Positions 47,361-57,437 are shown, counted from the first letter of the stretch. The stretch is DNA of 64,000 nucleotides from a virus (IMGVR_UViG_3300031088_000735), one strand, 5' to 3'. The notes: generated by a model not told the origin, from the sequence alone. Made by a program: numbers and translations.

Positions 47361-47776
47361 TTGCTTTTCAGGTAGGTGATATTTTCGATTATCACCAATT
47401 TGGCGATTCATATATTGCGTTTGTCGCTAAAGATGAACGCATTGTTCTTTTTAAACCAGCCACGAAATACAGTGATTATTATTTAAAATATTGTGATCCA
47501 TTTACTGAATCAAGTTACGAAGAACATGCAAAAGACCCCCATTTTAAAAGACTTCAATTGGATAGCATGACTGATGATTTCAAAGCCTGCTATGCACAAG
47601 AATTCTCACCATTGAAGAAAGGTTCAAAGGTAGATTTTAATTATCGTGGCACCATTATTTCTGGTGTTGTTGTTGAACGCAATAAAGCGTATAAAAAAAT
47701 CAAAGCAAAATTTATCGTAAACGCAGCGACCCTTTACATTTCGGCGGAACCGTATCTTTTTATTGAAAAATCTTAG
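47357..47776 (+). CDS. hypothetical protein (start overlaps the upstream stop, ATGA)
   Basis: 4-nt overlap suggests translational coupling. Confidence 0.5.
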   Translation: MIAFQVGDIFDYHQFGDSYIAFVAKDERIVLFKPATKYSDYYLKYCDPFTESSYEEHAKDPHFKRLQLDSMTDDFKACYAQEFSPLKKGSKVDFNYRGTIISGVVVERNKAYKKIKAKFIVNAATLYISAEPYLFIEKS

Positions 47777-47856
47777 TTTTGTTTGAATAATCTCTAGTAT
47801 GCCTGCTTTGTTTGTGTTACAATCGTTTTAACATTTACATAACAGGCTACATCATC

Positions 47857-48354
47857 ATGCAATCATTTCAAGTAGGTGATAAAATCCACGGCGGCAATTT
47901 CTTTGTTCGTGAGCGTGGTGTTGAAGGTATCGCAGCTTTTGAAAAACATCGTCGTCTTCAAGTTTTTGCTCATAAGGGCATGGCTTGTGTTACCCCTAAC
48001 TGTCATAATGTGGGCACCCGGTTGGTTTTCTCCCGTGATACCCAAGGTGGTGGTCATTGGGATGTGTTCACTGACCAGATGGTATTGATGACGATTGATC
48101 ATATTGTTGCCAAGAAAAATGGTGGTAGCAATGAACTGTCAAACCTACAGCCTATGTGCTGCCACTGCAATACCACTAAAGGTCATCAGGTGATTACGCT
48201 GGATGAACTAGCCTTTCAAATGGTAGGTTTTGAACAACGTATGGCCGAAAAGGCACAAAAAAAGCATGAACGCCGAGATCCTGCTGTCATTGCTCGTAAA
48301 CAAGAAGAACGACGATTAAAAAAAGAAGTAGTCGAAGTATTGGTCGATGCTTAA
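47857..48354 (+). CDS. HNH endonuclease
   Basis: CVTPNCHNVG...MTIDHIVAKKNGGSNELSNLQPMCCHCNTTKG, a classic HNH core. Confidence 0.65.
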   Translation: MQSFQVGDKIHGGNFFVRERGVEGIAAFEKHRRLQVFAHKGMACVTPNCHNVGTRLVFSRDTQGGGHWDVFTDQMVLMTIDHIVAKKNGGSNELSNLQPMCCHCNTTKGHQVITLDELAFQMVGFEQRMAEKAQKKHERRDPAVIARKQEERRLKKEVVEVLVDA

Positions 48355-48440
48355 TAATGTCATCAAGCAGCCTTCCGGGCGGTTTTTTGTTTCATTAATC
48401 TTGATTTTGTGTTATACTCACATCCTAATCAGGAGGCTTT

Positions 48441-49247
48441 ATGCACATTCAGAACCCAGTCACTGCCCTTAAACATTATTTCTCAGGAAAGATCGATAAC
48501 TTTTATGTTAAAGCTCTTTGCCCTGACAATAATCGGTTGGCTTGGTTTATGAAAGACATGATGCGTGCCACGCCCAATCGTAAATCATGGAATCGTTTTT
48601 TCGTTGATTCTGATTTTGACTTGCTGCGTCATGCTGGTCAAGATATTGCCATTTTGGCGGATGATCGCAATACGGCCATGCTTTTTAATGAATGTTATAT
48701 TCAACAGCTTAAAATCACCTATCCAGAACCGTTTTTAGATTTGAGCAATCAAGTCCTTCAAGTCGCTTACATGGCGGCTTATTACTACCCAGCTAGTAAA
48801 AATGAAGCAATTATGATGTACAATTCAATCGGGCTTATTCAGGGCTATAAAGGAACGCTAAGCCATACTTACGAATTTCAACATAATAGCCAATACAAAA
48901 ACAACAGTTTTGAACATCGAACTCAAATTTTGAAACGCAAAGGTCATGAAGATATTTTCATTTGCCGTTTTGAAGTCAGTTCAATCTATGAAAACGAAAA
49001 AGTCAGTGTTTTTGTCGGCTATGACAGTGAAAACTTGTATTACAACTATCATCCAAGTGAATCAGGATCTGTCTTTGTTATTACGCCTATTGATATTGAC
49101 AGTGTGATGAAGAAATTTAAAGTGGTCACTCGGGATGAACTGTTTAAAAACCTGACCGTCGATTTGATTGGGTTTATGACTGGCGTGAAACCCGCCAATA
49201 TTCCTACCCAACGTGATAAAATCCTTCTGGATATGATTGAAATTTAA
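48441..49247 (+). CDS. hypothetical protein (268 aa)
   Basis: RBS aggaggc. Confidence 0.5.
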   Translation: MHIQNPVTALKHYFSGKIDNFYVKALCPDNNRLAWFMKDMMRATPNRKSWNRFFVDSDFDLLRHAGQDIAILADDRNTAMLFNECYIQQLKITYPEPFLDLSNQVLQVAYMAAYYYPASKNEAIMMYNSIGLIQGYKGTLSHTYEFQHNSQYKNNSFEHRTQILKRKGHEDIFICRFEVSSIYENEKVSVFVGYDSENLYYNYHPSESGSVFVITPIDIDSVMKKFKVVTRDELFKNLTVDLIGFMTGVKPANIPTQRDKILLDMIEI

Positions 49248-49317
49248 ATCATCAGCAACTATTGTCAAAAGATAGTTTTTTGATATATAATAGCTTATTC
49301 ATTAGGAGTTATATCAC

Positions 49318-49518
49318 ATGACCAAGAAAATTATAAAACGTGAAGCTATTGTCCACATTACACCAGATGGCAAGGTTGTTTCTGTTCTTACTGTTAAAAG
49401 TGATTTTTATTCCAATTTCCCCCGTGGTGGTTTTGGTGGACATGTTGATAACGAACCCATTCAATTACCTGTCGTGAGAGAACCAAAAGAAGATCGAAAT
49501 ATCTTTCCTTCTCGGTAA
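49318..49518 (+). CDS. hypothetical protein
   Basis: RBS aggag. Confidence 0.4.
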   Translation: MTKKIIKREAIVHITPDGKVVSVLTVKSDFYSNFPRGGFGGHVDNEPIQLPVVREPKEDRNIFPSR

Positions 49519-49577
49519 CAATTGTGTAGAATACAGTTATTCGCAAGATACTATAATTATTCAGGAGTTTTACCGTT

Positions 49578-50180
49578 ATGACCATTCCAGCTTTCAAGAA
49601 AAATGAGATCATTTCCCACTTCTCTCGTTCGTTCCTTAAACTCGATCAAGTGCAAGCTTCCTATACCGGCATGAGCGGTGAAGAACGTAAAGTCGATCAC
49701 TTCATTATCAGTAAAGCGTCGGCTATCTGCCTGACTATGTATGACAAAGCCACTGACGAATTTGTTTTTGTGAAACAGTTCCGCACTGGTGCTTTCATGC
49801 ACCCTGACGAAACCGATCCTTGGGTTATCGAGCCTGTTGCCGGTCACATTGACCCTAAAGAAGACCCCATTCTGGCCGCTCAACGTGAAGGTGAAGAAGA
49901 AACTAACATGCTGATCAATCTTGAAGACATTCGCTATCTGTGCAAAGGCTACACCAGTGCAGGCGTCTCCAACGAAATTCACCACAATTACTTCGCCTAT
50001 GTCGATTCGTCTACCTTCGACCTGACCCGTTCGCATGGCATTGATGACGAAGATATTCAAATCATCAAACTGAAACGTGCTGATGTGATGGCGATGATTA
50101 CCAGCGGTGACATTCGCACTTGCAGTGCTATCCTTGGTGTTTCGCTGTCGATTGCACAAGGTTTGGTTCCAATCCAATAA
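49578..50180 (+). CDS. Nudix hydrolase, ADP-ribose pyrophosphatase-like
   Basis: Nudix box GHIDPKEDPILAAQREGEEETN fits Gx5Ex7REUxEExGU. Confidence 0.7.
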   Translation: MTIPAFKKNEIISHFSRSFLKLDQVQASYTGMSGEERKVDHFIISKASAICLTMYDKATDEFVFVKQFRTGAFMHPDETDPWVIEPVAGHIDPKEDPILAAQREGEEETNMLINLEDIRYLCKGYTSAGVSNEIHHNYFAYVDSSTFDLTRSHGIDDEDIQIIKLKRADVMAMITSGDIRTCSAILGVSLSIAQGLVPIQ

Positions 50181-50245
50181 AACACTTTCATTGCCAAGGT
50201 CTTTGTTGTATAATGAAGACCTAGCCACTTGTAGGAGTTAATAGC

Positions 50246-50467
50246 ATGAATACTCTCAATACCAATGTTCCTGACAAACTGACCATTGCCAAAGTGTTGC
50301 GTTTGCACGAAGCTGGTGGCGTTCTGCACAGCGAACCGGCTTATCCTACCAAGGATCTTTTGGAAGACACTCCAGAAGCTCAAAAACTGGCGACGTTGTG
50401 GGATGATTTCAACAAGGCTAAAAAAGCCCTTGATCTTCACATTGCTGAACTGGCTGCAACGGTTTAA
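50246..50467 (+). CDS. hypothetical protein
   Basis: RBS aggag. Confidence 0.45.
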   Translation: MNTLNTNVPDKLTIAKVLRLHEAGGVLHSEPAYPTKDLLEDTPEAQKLATLWDDFNKAKKALDLHIAELAATV

Positions 50468-50564
50468 AAATCACATTTTTTACGGCCTATCGCTTGATAG
50501 GCTTTTTTTTACCCAATAATTGTGCTATAATCTCTTTATCAAATCATCGAATGGAGCTTTAACA

Positions 50565-50921
50565 ATGTCTAAGATACTGCCTAAAATTCTTGTGGTTGGT
50601 GGTGATGAAGCTGTTATCCGTGTCCTGCAAGATCGTTTGCCGGGTCATGAAGTCGTTTTGGTGGATGAGCGTGATGCACGCAAACACATGATTCTGATTG
50701 ATGAACATCGTTGTCCGATGGGTGATTACATTGCAGAACTTTGCAAAATTCCATTGAGCACACAAGAAATGGTTTCTACTTTTGTGCATGAATGCCTTGA
50801 AGCAGAAGCCTACATGAGCCAGTCCTTTCGCTCGTTGGCTAAGCCAAACCCAGCCGCTCGCTACTACCACAAATTCACGCAACCTTATGGTAAAGATCAT
50901 CGCAATGGGCGTCGTTGCTAA
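50565..50921 (+). CDS. hypothetical protein
   Basis: RBS ggag; promoter tgctataat. Confidence 0.45.
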   Translation: MSKILPKILVVGGDEAVIRVLQDRLPGHEVVLVDERDARKHMILIDEHRCPMGDYIAELCKIPLSTQEMVSTFVHECLEAEAYMSQSFRSLAKPNPAARYYHKFTQPYGKDHRNGRRC

Positions 50922-51027
50922 CCTTTAATCCGCATTATGACCCGCTTTGGCGGGTTTTTTATTGTCTATTTGTTGACTTTTGACCATTCCATGCGACGAT
51001 TTAAAGAAATAAAATCGGAGTATAATC

Positions 51028-51804
51028 ATGAACAATCCACAAGAAAACCATAAACCCACTATTCAACGACAATATTCCAATTTTCAAATTTACATTACGG
51101 GTGCTGTTTTGACCCTTTTAACTATGTTCTTATTGTATATATCTACCAGTACACTAGTGTCGTTAATTAATCATAAAGTCGCCATGACCAGTGATTATCA
51201 ATATGCGAAGATTGTTCCATTTAGTGTTGATGAATCTTCTTTTTATCTTATGTTGATGTTTGGTATACTTTATTGCTTTGTTATTTTATATACTATCTTT
51301 TCTTGGATAAACAGAGTAAGTTGGTCACGAGCTATTTTATACACTGCTGTTGCACTTATTCCAGTCGGAATGGTGGCTTATCAATACCAAAGCACTGATG
51401 AGTTCATGTATGAGCCTATTAGCAAACTTTATGAGAGTTCAGTGAAAGCTAATCCAAACTTTGCACAGTCGCCAATGGGTGTTAAGTTCTCAAAAGCTCT
51501 TGCCGCTCATGATTACGCAACATTGAAAGAAATCTCCAATAACTTGGATGCTTTAAAATTAATGGATTTCAAATCGAATAAAATCATTGAGATTGTTGAT
51601 TTACTTCCACTCCCACAGTCGGTAGCGACTTTTAAAAAGATGTTGAGTGAGAAAGGTGGTTTTGTTTCGTTAGCAGACTACAAAGCTTTTTACACAGCTT
51701 TACTGGTCGATTTTAAAGCCAGCGAGTCGGCTAATAAGAAAGAGTTCATCTTTTTGATCGATATGATACATCCAGACCGTTATTATACACCTGCACCAAA
51801 ATGA
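51028..51804 (+). CDS. polytopic membrane protein (AT-rich)
   Basis: At least 4 hydrophobic helices; RBS ggag. Confidence 0.5.
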   Translation: MNNPQENHKPTIQRQYSNFQIYITGAVLTLLTMFLLYISTSTLVSLINHKVAMTSDYQYAKIVPFSVDESSFYLMLMFGILYCFVILYTIFSWINRVSWSRAILYTAVALIPVGMVAYQYQSTDEFMYEPISKLYESSVKANPNFAQSPMGVKFSKALAAHDYATLKEISNNLDALKLMDFKSNKIIEIVDLLPLPQSVATFKKMLSEKGGFVSLADYKAFYTALLVDFKASESANKKEFIFLIDMIHPDRYYTPAPK

Positions 51805-51899
51805 TTAATGATTAAGCTACTTCGGTAGCTTTTTTTACGCTTGTTGGTTTGGTTACTTTTTTCAGGTCGAAAAAAAAGAGGCATTTAGCCTCTCCTAAA

Positions 51900-52125
51900 A
51901 AAGATAAGTCACTTTTTTACGGTTCGTGTTCCCTCGTAGTTAACCAGACTACGAAGAGCTACCATGTCGGCAGAGCCTCTGAATGGTCATCGGATGCTAA
52001 ACCTCAACCCTGAAAGATGAGTTTTTTCTCATCCCGCATCTCCAAAGTAATAATACCAAAAAGCGGTTCTGGTGGCAAGCTTTTTCTTTCAAGCTTTGAT
52101 ATTTTTATCTTAATTTTTGTTCAAC
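51900..52125 (+). ncRNA. candidate structured small RNA (strand uncertain)
   Basis: About 220-nt ORF-free, GC-enriched segment with hairpins tcgtag/ctacga and gatgag/ctcatc, ending in a palindromic aagctt stem plus T-run. Confidence 0.25.
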
Positions 52126-52170
52126 AAAAAACCCGCCGTAGCGGGTCTTTTTTCTTTCGGTTGAGCTAAA

Positions 52171-52380
52171 TCATTTTGCTACTCGGGCATGCTTCAAAAA
52201 AAGCCATTCCGGTTCTTTTTTGATGGCCCCTTTGCAATCACCCATCAGCACACGGCCATCTTCGATACCTTGAAAGGTCAGGTTAACGAAAAAGCCAAAA
52301 CGAGCAATCGGATCACCGATTTTAAAACCTTTCAACATCTCTTCAGTAACAGGATGTTCATTGATTTTGTTCTTTGCCAT
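52171..52380 (-). CDS. hypothetical protein (69 aa), minus-strand mini-operon gene 2
   Basis: Minus-strand RBS aagagg and -10 gtataat; terminator aaaacccgccgtagcgggtctttttt at 52128-52160. Confidence 0.45.
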   Translation of the reverse strand: MAKNKINEHPVTEEMLKGFKIGDPIARFGFFVNLTFQGIEDGRVLMGDCKGAIKKEPEWLFLKHARVAK

Positions 52381-52449
52381 GATTGATAAGCCTCTTGGTT
52401 TGTGTGTTTATTATACAACAACTCACACACCTACACAAGATTTTTCACC

Positions 52450-52608
52450 TTATTTCGTGTCTTTTTTAACGTCAATCTGGCTGGTTGCTTCGCTTTTAAC
52501 CCCGTTTGTTGATGCTTTTTCTTCAGCTATTGCACCTGTTCCAAACAACCCCATAAACACACTCAACACCAAACCTGTCATTTCTTTTTTTACATTTTCC
52601 TTCTTCAT
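52450..52608 (-). CDS. small secreted peptide (52 aa), minus-strand mini-operon gene 1
   Basis: Minus-strand RBS aaggtga; signal peptide MKKENVKKEMTGLVLSVFMGLFGTGAIA; minus promoter ttgcaa-N17-tatact (reverse complement of about 52640-52680). Confidence 0.35.
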   Translation of the reverse strand: MKKENVKKEMTGLVLSVFMGLFGTGAIAEEKASTNGVKSEATSQIDVKKDTK

Positions 52609-52761
52609 TCCATCACCTTAATATAGTTAGCTTGCTATCTAATCTATAAGTATACTCCTGTTATTTCTGATTGCAAGTCTTTGCTTTGTGAAAGATTTTT
52701 CATTGCTAGATTTGCCTTAAAATGCTATAATAGACACTTCAAACAAAGGAGAACCAACATT

Positions 52762-52950
52762 ATGCCACTCGCACCTGACCCTAATCCAGTTGAAGAAAAA
52801 TTTGGTATCTGCCCCGGTTGCAACACTCAAATCGAACCGCATGAAGTGATCTATTGCATCTGTCGTTGTGGCGATCAAGACGCCGATGTGTATGATCGTA
52901 TGGCCGAAGAAGCTGACGCTGCAGAAGCGGCCAAGCAAAAATCCGAATAG
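52762..52950 (+). CDS. small zinc-ribbon protein (62 aa)
   Basis: CPGC...CICRC; promoter ttgcct...tataat; RBS aaggaga. Confidence 0.45.
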   Translation: MPLAPDPNPVEEKFGICPGCNTQIEPHEVIYCICRCGDQDADVYDRMAEEADAAEAAKQKSE

Positions 52951-53082
52951 TAGTAAATCGTCACTCGACAATCCAGAATAGTGCTTGACTGGCTTTCTGG
53001 ATTTTGCTAGTATAACCCGTGTCAAAGTTCTGTAGTCGAATACCTCAAACTTTCGTTTAGATAGTCAACTGAGGACACTATT

Positions 53083-53349
53083 ATGACCAAAACAGAACTG
53101 CTCCACCTGATCCAAACTGATGTTGATGTACGTTCGGCAGTTAGCGAACTTTTGAAAGATTCCATTGTTGATATGATGGAAACGGACACGGCTTTAAGAG
53201 CTGCTGTTGTAGCGGTTGTCAAAGACGATATATCGTTTGAGCTTAGTTGCTCAGATTATTACGATTATGATTACTCCGGTTATCGAATCGAACTTGCTCT
53301 TGACGGTTCTACTGTTACATCAGATTCCTTTACCATCCGTAGTTCGTAA
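53083..53349 (+). CDS. hypothetical acidic protein
   Basis: RBS gagga; terminator at 53358-53385. Confidence 0.45.
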   Translation: MTKTELLHLIQTDVDVRSAVSELLKDSIVDMMETDTALRAAVVAVVKDDISFELSCSDYYDYDYSGYRIELALDGSTVTSDSFTIRSS

Positions 53350-53392
53350 GACAACATAAAACCCCAGCAATGGGGTTTTTTTGTTTGTCGTT

Positions 53393-54259
53393 TTAGTTGA
53401 CTTGGCACACTTGATATCCGCCAGATTGATAAGGCCCACGTCTATATGTTTTACCATCAGTTCCCCTTACATCAGGATAGTTGGTAACATAATCAGTTCC
53501 GACATAATTTCTATATACAATATTACCTTGCCATAGAACCGTTAATTCAGTAATGTAACCTTCATCCTCTTGGTAGTCCCATGAATAACTACCCCATGCA
53601 AAATTACATACTGTCGCTGGTTTTGTTCCTATACTGGTGCGGGTTGATGTTGCTGCAATGGATTGATTTTCTACAATAACCGATCCCACATTTCTAATCG
53701 CATGTGTTGTTGTTTCTTGTTCACGGTTTTGTTTGTTACGAGTTTGTGGTTGCTGACAATCTGTTGCAGTTTGTGTGAATGATTGACCAGACGTGACTGT
53801 TGATGTAGCCGGTGACCAGTTTGAACAGCTTGTTACAGCTCCATTATTAGCCCATGTTGTGTAATCAGCCGCAATAGCTACCCACGTTTCTAATGTTCCT
53901 ACAGCACTGCGTGTTTGTGTTGTGTTGATACTTTGGGATTCATTGTAAGGAGTGCCAACATTACGAACAGTTCCTGATACACCATCAACCTCCCTGTCTT
54001 GTACTGTTCTGGTTTGGTCTTGTTTGCAATCGTTGGCTGTTTGTGTAAATGTATTTCCTATGGTCACTGCAGATACATCAGGTGTCCACGTTACACAAGA
54101 ATGCACTGCACCTGTGTTTTCCCAATCACCATATAAAGGTGAATTTGCGACCCAACTGGCAAATCTAACAGGTTCGTCTAAATTGAATTTTACAACGTAT
54201 TCAGCTTGTATGACGCCTGCTGCCAAAGCAACTGTTAAAGATAGTAATGTTTTTTTCAT
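53393..54259 (-). CDS. secreted protein with two tandem two-cysteine repeats (family of 7659 and 15281)
   Basis: Signal peptide MKKTLLSLTVALAAGVIQA. Repeats ...SCVTWTPDVSAVTIGNTFTQTANDCKQDQTRTVQDRE... and ...SCSNWSPATSTVTSGQSFTQTATDCQQPQTRNKQNRE... Confidence 0.6.
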   Translation of the reverse strand: MKKTLLSLTVALAAGVIQAEYVVKFNLDEPVRFASWVANSPLYGDWENTGAVHSCVTWTPDVSAVTIGNTFTQTANDCKQDQTRTVQDREVDGVSGTVRNVGTPYNESQSINTTQTRSAVGTLETWVAIAADYTTWANNGAVTSCSNWSPATSTVTSGQSFTQTATDCQQPQTRNKQNREQETTTHAIRNVGSVIVENQSIAATSTRTSIGTKPATVCNFAWGSYSWDYQEDEGYITELTVLWQGNIVYRNYVGTDYVTNYPDVRGTDGKTYRRGPYQSGGYQVCQVN

Positions 54260-54410
54260 AAATATTTTATTATTTTTTTATATTTTAGCACACTATAATC
54301 TAAATGGAAGGGTTCTGATTTCAAAAAAAACTTTATATTTTGTTGAGATAATGGTATAATTATGTGTATTTTGCACATTGTTCCTTTTCTATAACCATGA
54401 GGTGAATGCT

Positions 54411-54806
54411 ATGAGTCAACATCATAATTCAAATGAATCAGCCATTAAACGACATGAAGCACTTGAAGCTGCTAATGAGCGAGCAGAATGCCAAATGTCA
54501 TTTTTGGTTCAGCATCAAAAAGCTGAAATGGAAACATTTGAAAGTCTTTCCAAGAAACTCAAAAAAACGCTTGAAGACATTAAGCGTAATGATATGATTT
54601 TCAATTATGTTTTGGCTACTTTGGGCGTGCTTCTTGTAATCGCAACACTGGTAGGTTTCTGTTATCAGTTGTCAGTGCATAACTTTACTGACGCTTTTGC
54701 ATTGGGTATCTTTTTGTCTTTTGAACTGTTGATAGCTTTCTTTATTCACACAGTCAATGGGTTGTTTGGTTCGATTGCTAAAATTGAAGAAATGATCGGT
54801 GATTGA
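54411..54806 (+). CDS. membrane protein (C-terminal TM helices)
   Basis: RBS gaggtga; promoter tggtataat. Confidence 0.5.
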   Translation: MSQHHNSNESAIKRHEALEAANERAECQMSFLVQHQKAEMETFESLSKKLKKTLEDIKRNDMIFNYVLATLGVLLVIATLVGFCYQLSVHNFTDAFALGIFLSFELLIAFFIHTVNGLFGSIAKIEEMIGD

Positions 54807-54896
54807 CATTGGAATGATTTAAAATGTTGTTTTTGCTTTACCCATCAAGGCTTTCTTGATATAATACGTTAAATCAGTTAGCCTTGGTGCCTTATC

Positions 54897-55289
54897 ATGA
54901 AGACCAACAATCAAAAAGTCGTTGACGCGATTGTCGAGCGTTGCAAGATTCGTGCGGCATCGTCCTATACCGAACGTCATCGTGTTGATGGTGTTGAATA
55001 TGCCTACATGACCGAAGTTGATCCTCATCGTGACGAACCGATGGGTGACGAAAAGGTTTGGGAAATCACCTTTGTGGCTGTTAAGCCCAACTACTTTTTC
55101 ATTTATCACCTGAATGGTGAACGCTTTTGTGTTGAACCAGAACTCGACAAGCCTTATCAGTTCAATTTCACTGAGCTTCACGCTTTTTTGAAAAAGAAAA
55201 ACATCAAACATTTCGAGAAAGAAGATCTCTGGCATAATGGTCATTTTGAGCCATCCACTGATTTGGCTTGTATTTTTACCATCGGGTAA
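54897..55289 (+). CDS. hypothetical protein
   Basis: Promoter cttgatataat. Confidence 0.5.
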   Translation: MKTNNQKVVDAIVERCKIRAASSYTERHRVDGVEYAYMTEVDPHRDEPMGDEKVWEITFVAVKPNYFFIYHLNGERFCVEPELDKPYQFNFTELHAFLKKKNIKHFEKEDLWHNGHFEPSTDLACIFTIG

Positions 55290-55379
55290 CTAACCTAATG
55301 ACTGCAGTTTTTACATAAGACTTGATAATAATCTAGTTTTTGTGTATAATGTGCAGACTTAATATATTGGGAGGCTGTC

Positions 55380-56162
55380 ATGTTCGCTAAAAAATCTCAC
55401 TTCTGCGAGCAAGCTCTGTTGATGAGCGATTTGCACTTGGAACACGGGAATAAAATTGACGTTCCGGTGATCGAAGGTGTCAAATTTCTGATCTTGGCTG
55501 GCGATATTGGCAGCAATCAATCACACCTTGAATTCATCAAGGATTGTGCGTCTAAATACATCGTCATTTACATTTTGGGCAACCATGAGTTTTACGGATA
55601 TACTTTGAAAGAAGTTCGTGACTTTTGGAGTTCTGTTCAAATTGACAATTTCTACTTTCTAGACAATTCGTCCGTGGTTATTGATGGCATTGAGTTCATC
55701 GGTTCTACGTTGTGGGTTGACTTTGATCGTGGCAATCCACATATGATGTTTAATGCACCTATTGAAATTAAAGATTTTCAGAAAATCATTAATGCCGATG
55801 GTGATGATTATATTTCTGTTTATGATATTTATGAAGAGTTTCAAAAGTCTTATGCTTATTTGCAGGAAGCGTTGTATCAAGACAATGGTTTTATCAAAGT
55901 CTTGGTGACGCACTATGGTATTTCGCATCAAAGTGTTCATGAAAAATATAAACAACATCCAGATATTGTGAAAACGAACGGCTATTTCACCAACAACATG
56001 GATTACTTTGTGGGTAATTCGTTGGCAAAAGTTGCTGTTCATGGACACATGCATACTTCGGCTGATTACATGTTGGGTGATGTTCATGTGGTTTGCGAAC
56101 CCGTAGGCTATCCAGATGCCATTAATCCAGAATTTAACTTCAAAGTCATCGACTTGAAGTAA
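55380..56162 (+). CDS. calcineurin-like metallophosphoesterase
   Basis: MPP motifs in order: SDLHLE (D-x-H), AGDIG (GDxxD), GNHE (GNH[DE]), THY, GHMH. RBS gggagg. Confidence 0.7.
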   Translation: MFAKKSHFCEQALLMSDLHLEHGNKIDVPVIEGVKFLILAGDIGSNQSHLEFIKDCASKYIVIYILGNHEFYGYTLKEVRDFWSSVQIDNFYFLDNSSVVIDGIEFIGSTLWVDFDRGNPHMMFNAPIEIKDFQKIINADGDDYISVYDIYEEFQKSYAYLQEALYQDNGFIKVLVTHYGISHQSVHEKYKQHPDIVKTNGYFTNNMDYFVGNSLAKVAVHGHMHTSADYMLGDVHVVCEPVGYPDAINPEFNFKVIDLK

Positions 56163-56183
56163 CCAAAAAAGAAGGAATTAATC

Positions 56184-56480
56184 ATGAAATTGTATACACC
56201 AAAAAGCACCACTGAATCGAAACCTGTTCCTTTTGAAGCCATGCAGTATGGGACTGATAAAGAAGCGGATGTGCATGTTAAGCACTGCTATATGGGCTAT
56301 AACAACGAAATCCTTAAAATCCCCGGCGATATGATGGGCACGCCAAAAAACGCCTTCTATGCTGTTAAAACCGTCAATGGTTGGCAGCGAATTGAAAATG
56401 GAGATTTTATTGTCATTGAAGATGGCGAACCTATGCTGATTCCTTATGCAGTGTTTCAACTGTCATTTGATGAAGCTTAA
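56184..56480 (+). CDS. hypothetical protein
   Basis: RBS gaagga. Confidence 0.5.
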   Translation: MKLYTPKSTTESKPVPFEAMQYGTDKEADVHVKHCYMGYNNEILKIPGDMMGTPKNAFYAVKTVNGWQRIENGDFIVIEDGEPMLIPYAVFQLSFDEA

Positions 56481-56516
56481 TTAGCATATATTTACAATTA
56501 ACCCAGTTGGAGAACC

Positions 56517-57437
56517 ATGATTAAAGACTTCTTCACAAACTTCTTTTCCAAAAAAGATCATGGTGATATTAATATCACTATTGATGGCGTTAATGTTTCT
56601 GGTAGCATTTATCCAAAAGGCATGAAAAAAGAAGATTACGGTCAAGTGGTTAATCATCCGATTGACTTCAAATCCTTTTCATCGCTTAAAGTCTCTGGGC
56701 CGTTCAAGACTGTTATCCAACAAGGCAGCAACCATGCTGTCACTCTTGAAATCAACGAAAAATTGATTCCTTTTTTGAAAATCAGCACTGTTAATGATGT
56801 ATTGACCATCAAAATTGAAAAAGATGTTCTGATTAATCCAGTGTTGATTTTGAACATTACTGCACCACAATTAAATCTTATTGATTACAAAGGTGTTGGA
56901 AAGGTCGATATTAAAGAATTTAAACAGTCCACAATGAAAGTCATCAAGTCAGGTGCGGGTGATTGCACGTTCAAGGGTGTTTTTGAAACCCTGTTACTGG
57001 ATGTCTTGGGAACCGGTTCTTTTACGGCTGATGTGACTGCAGAAACCGCGACTATCAACAAAGACAGCTCAGGCGATTGCATGGTTACAGGTGGATTTAA
57101 GAACGCAACCTTCAATATTGATGGCACAGGAGATTTTGACTACTCAGGAGAGCATTCAGAGTTGATTAAAATGGTGGATTTGTCGGTTGGCGATTCATCA
57201 CTCAAAGGATCTTGTGATAAATTTGATTTGAATAATTCTGGCGTTGGTAGTATTAAGGCGAAGAATCTGAAAGCACGCCAAGTCGTCTTGAACAAGTCTG
57301 GTGTTGGTTCACTTCATTTAACCGCTACGGAATCCATTACCGGGGAAGTGACTGGTGTGGGTAGTACTCATGTTTTTGGCAATCCACAAAATGCCCGAGT
57401 GTCCAAACGATCCATTGGTGATTTGATTTATCATTGA
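56517..57437 (+). CDS. beta-helix-like repeat protein (DUF2807 / adhesin-head GIN-domain-like)
   Basis: Repeating (V/T)xGxGDxxx(K/T)G units (KSGAGDCTFKG, LGTGSFTADV, SSGDCMVTGG, GTGDFDYSG, NSGVGSIKAK, KSGVGSLHLT, TGVGSTHVFG). Confidence 0.5.
   Translation: MIKDFFTNFFSKKDHGDINITIDGVNVSGSIYPKGMKKEDYGQVVNHPIDFKSFSSLKVSGPFKTVIQQGSNHAVTLEINEKLIPFLKISTVNDVLTIKIEKDVLINPVLILNITAPQLNLIDYKGVGKVDIKEFKQSTMKVIKSGAGDCTFKGVFETLLLDVLGTGSFTADVTAETATINKDSSGDCMVTGGFKNATFNIDGTGDFDYSGEHSELIKMVDLSVGDSSLKGSCDKFDLNNSGVGSIKAKNLKARQVVLNKSGVGSLHLTATESITGEVTGVGSTHVFGNPQNARVSKRSIGDLIYH

Noticed and set aside
50565-50921. Possible response-regulator receiver domain (KILVVGGDE)
   Set aside because: Only a superficial resemblance to the KILVVDDE start of REC domains; the acidic pocket and conserved Lys are not evident.
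52361-52621. 86-aa + strand ORF
   Set aside because: Overlaps the start and promoter region of the minus-strand gene 52171..52380 and has no RBS. The minus-strand 52-aa signal-peptide ORF at 52450..52608 is better supported.
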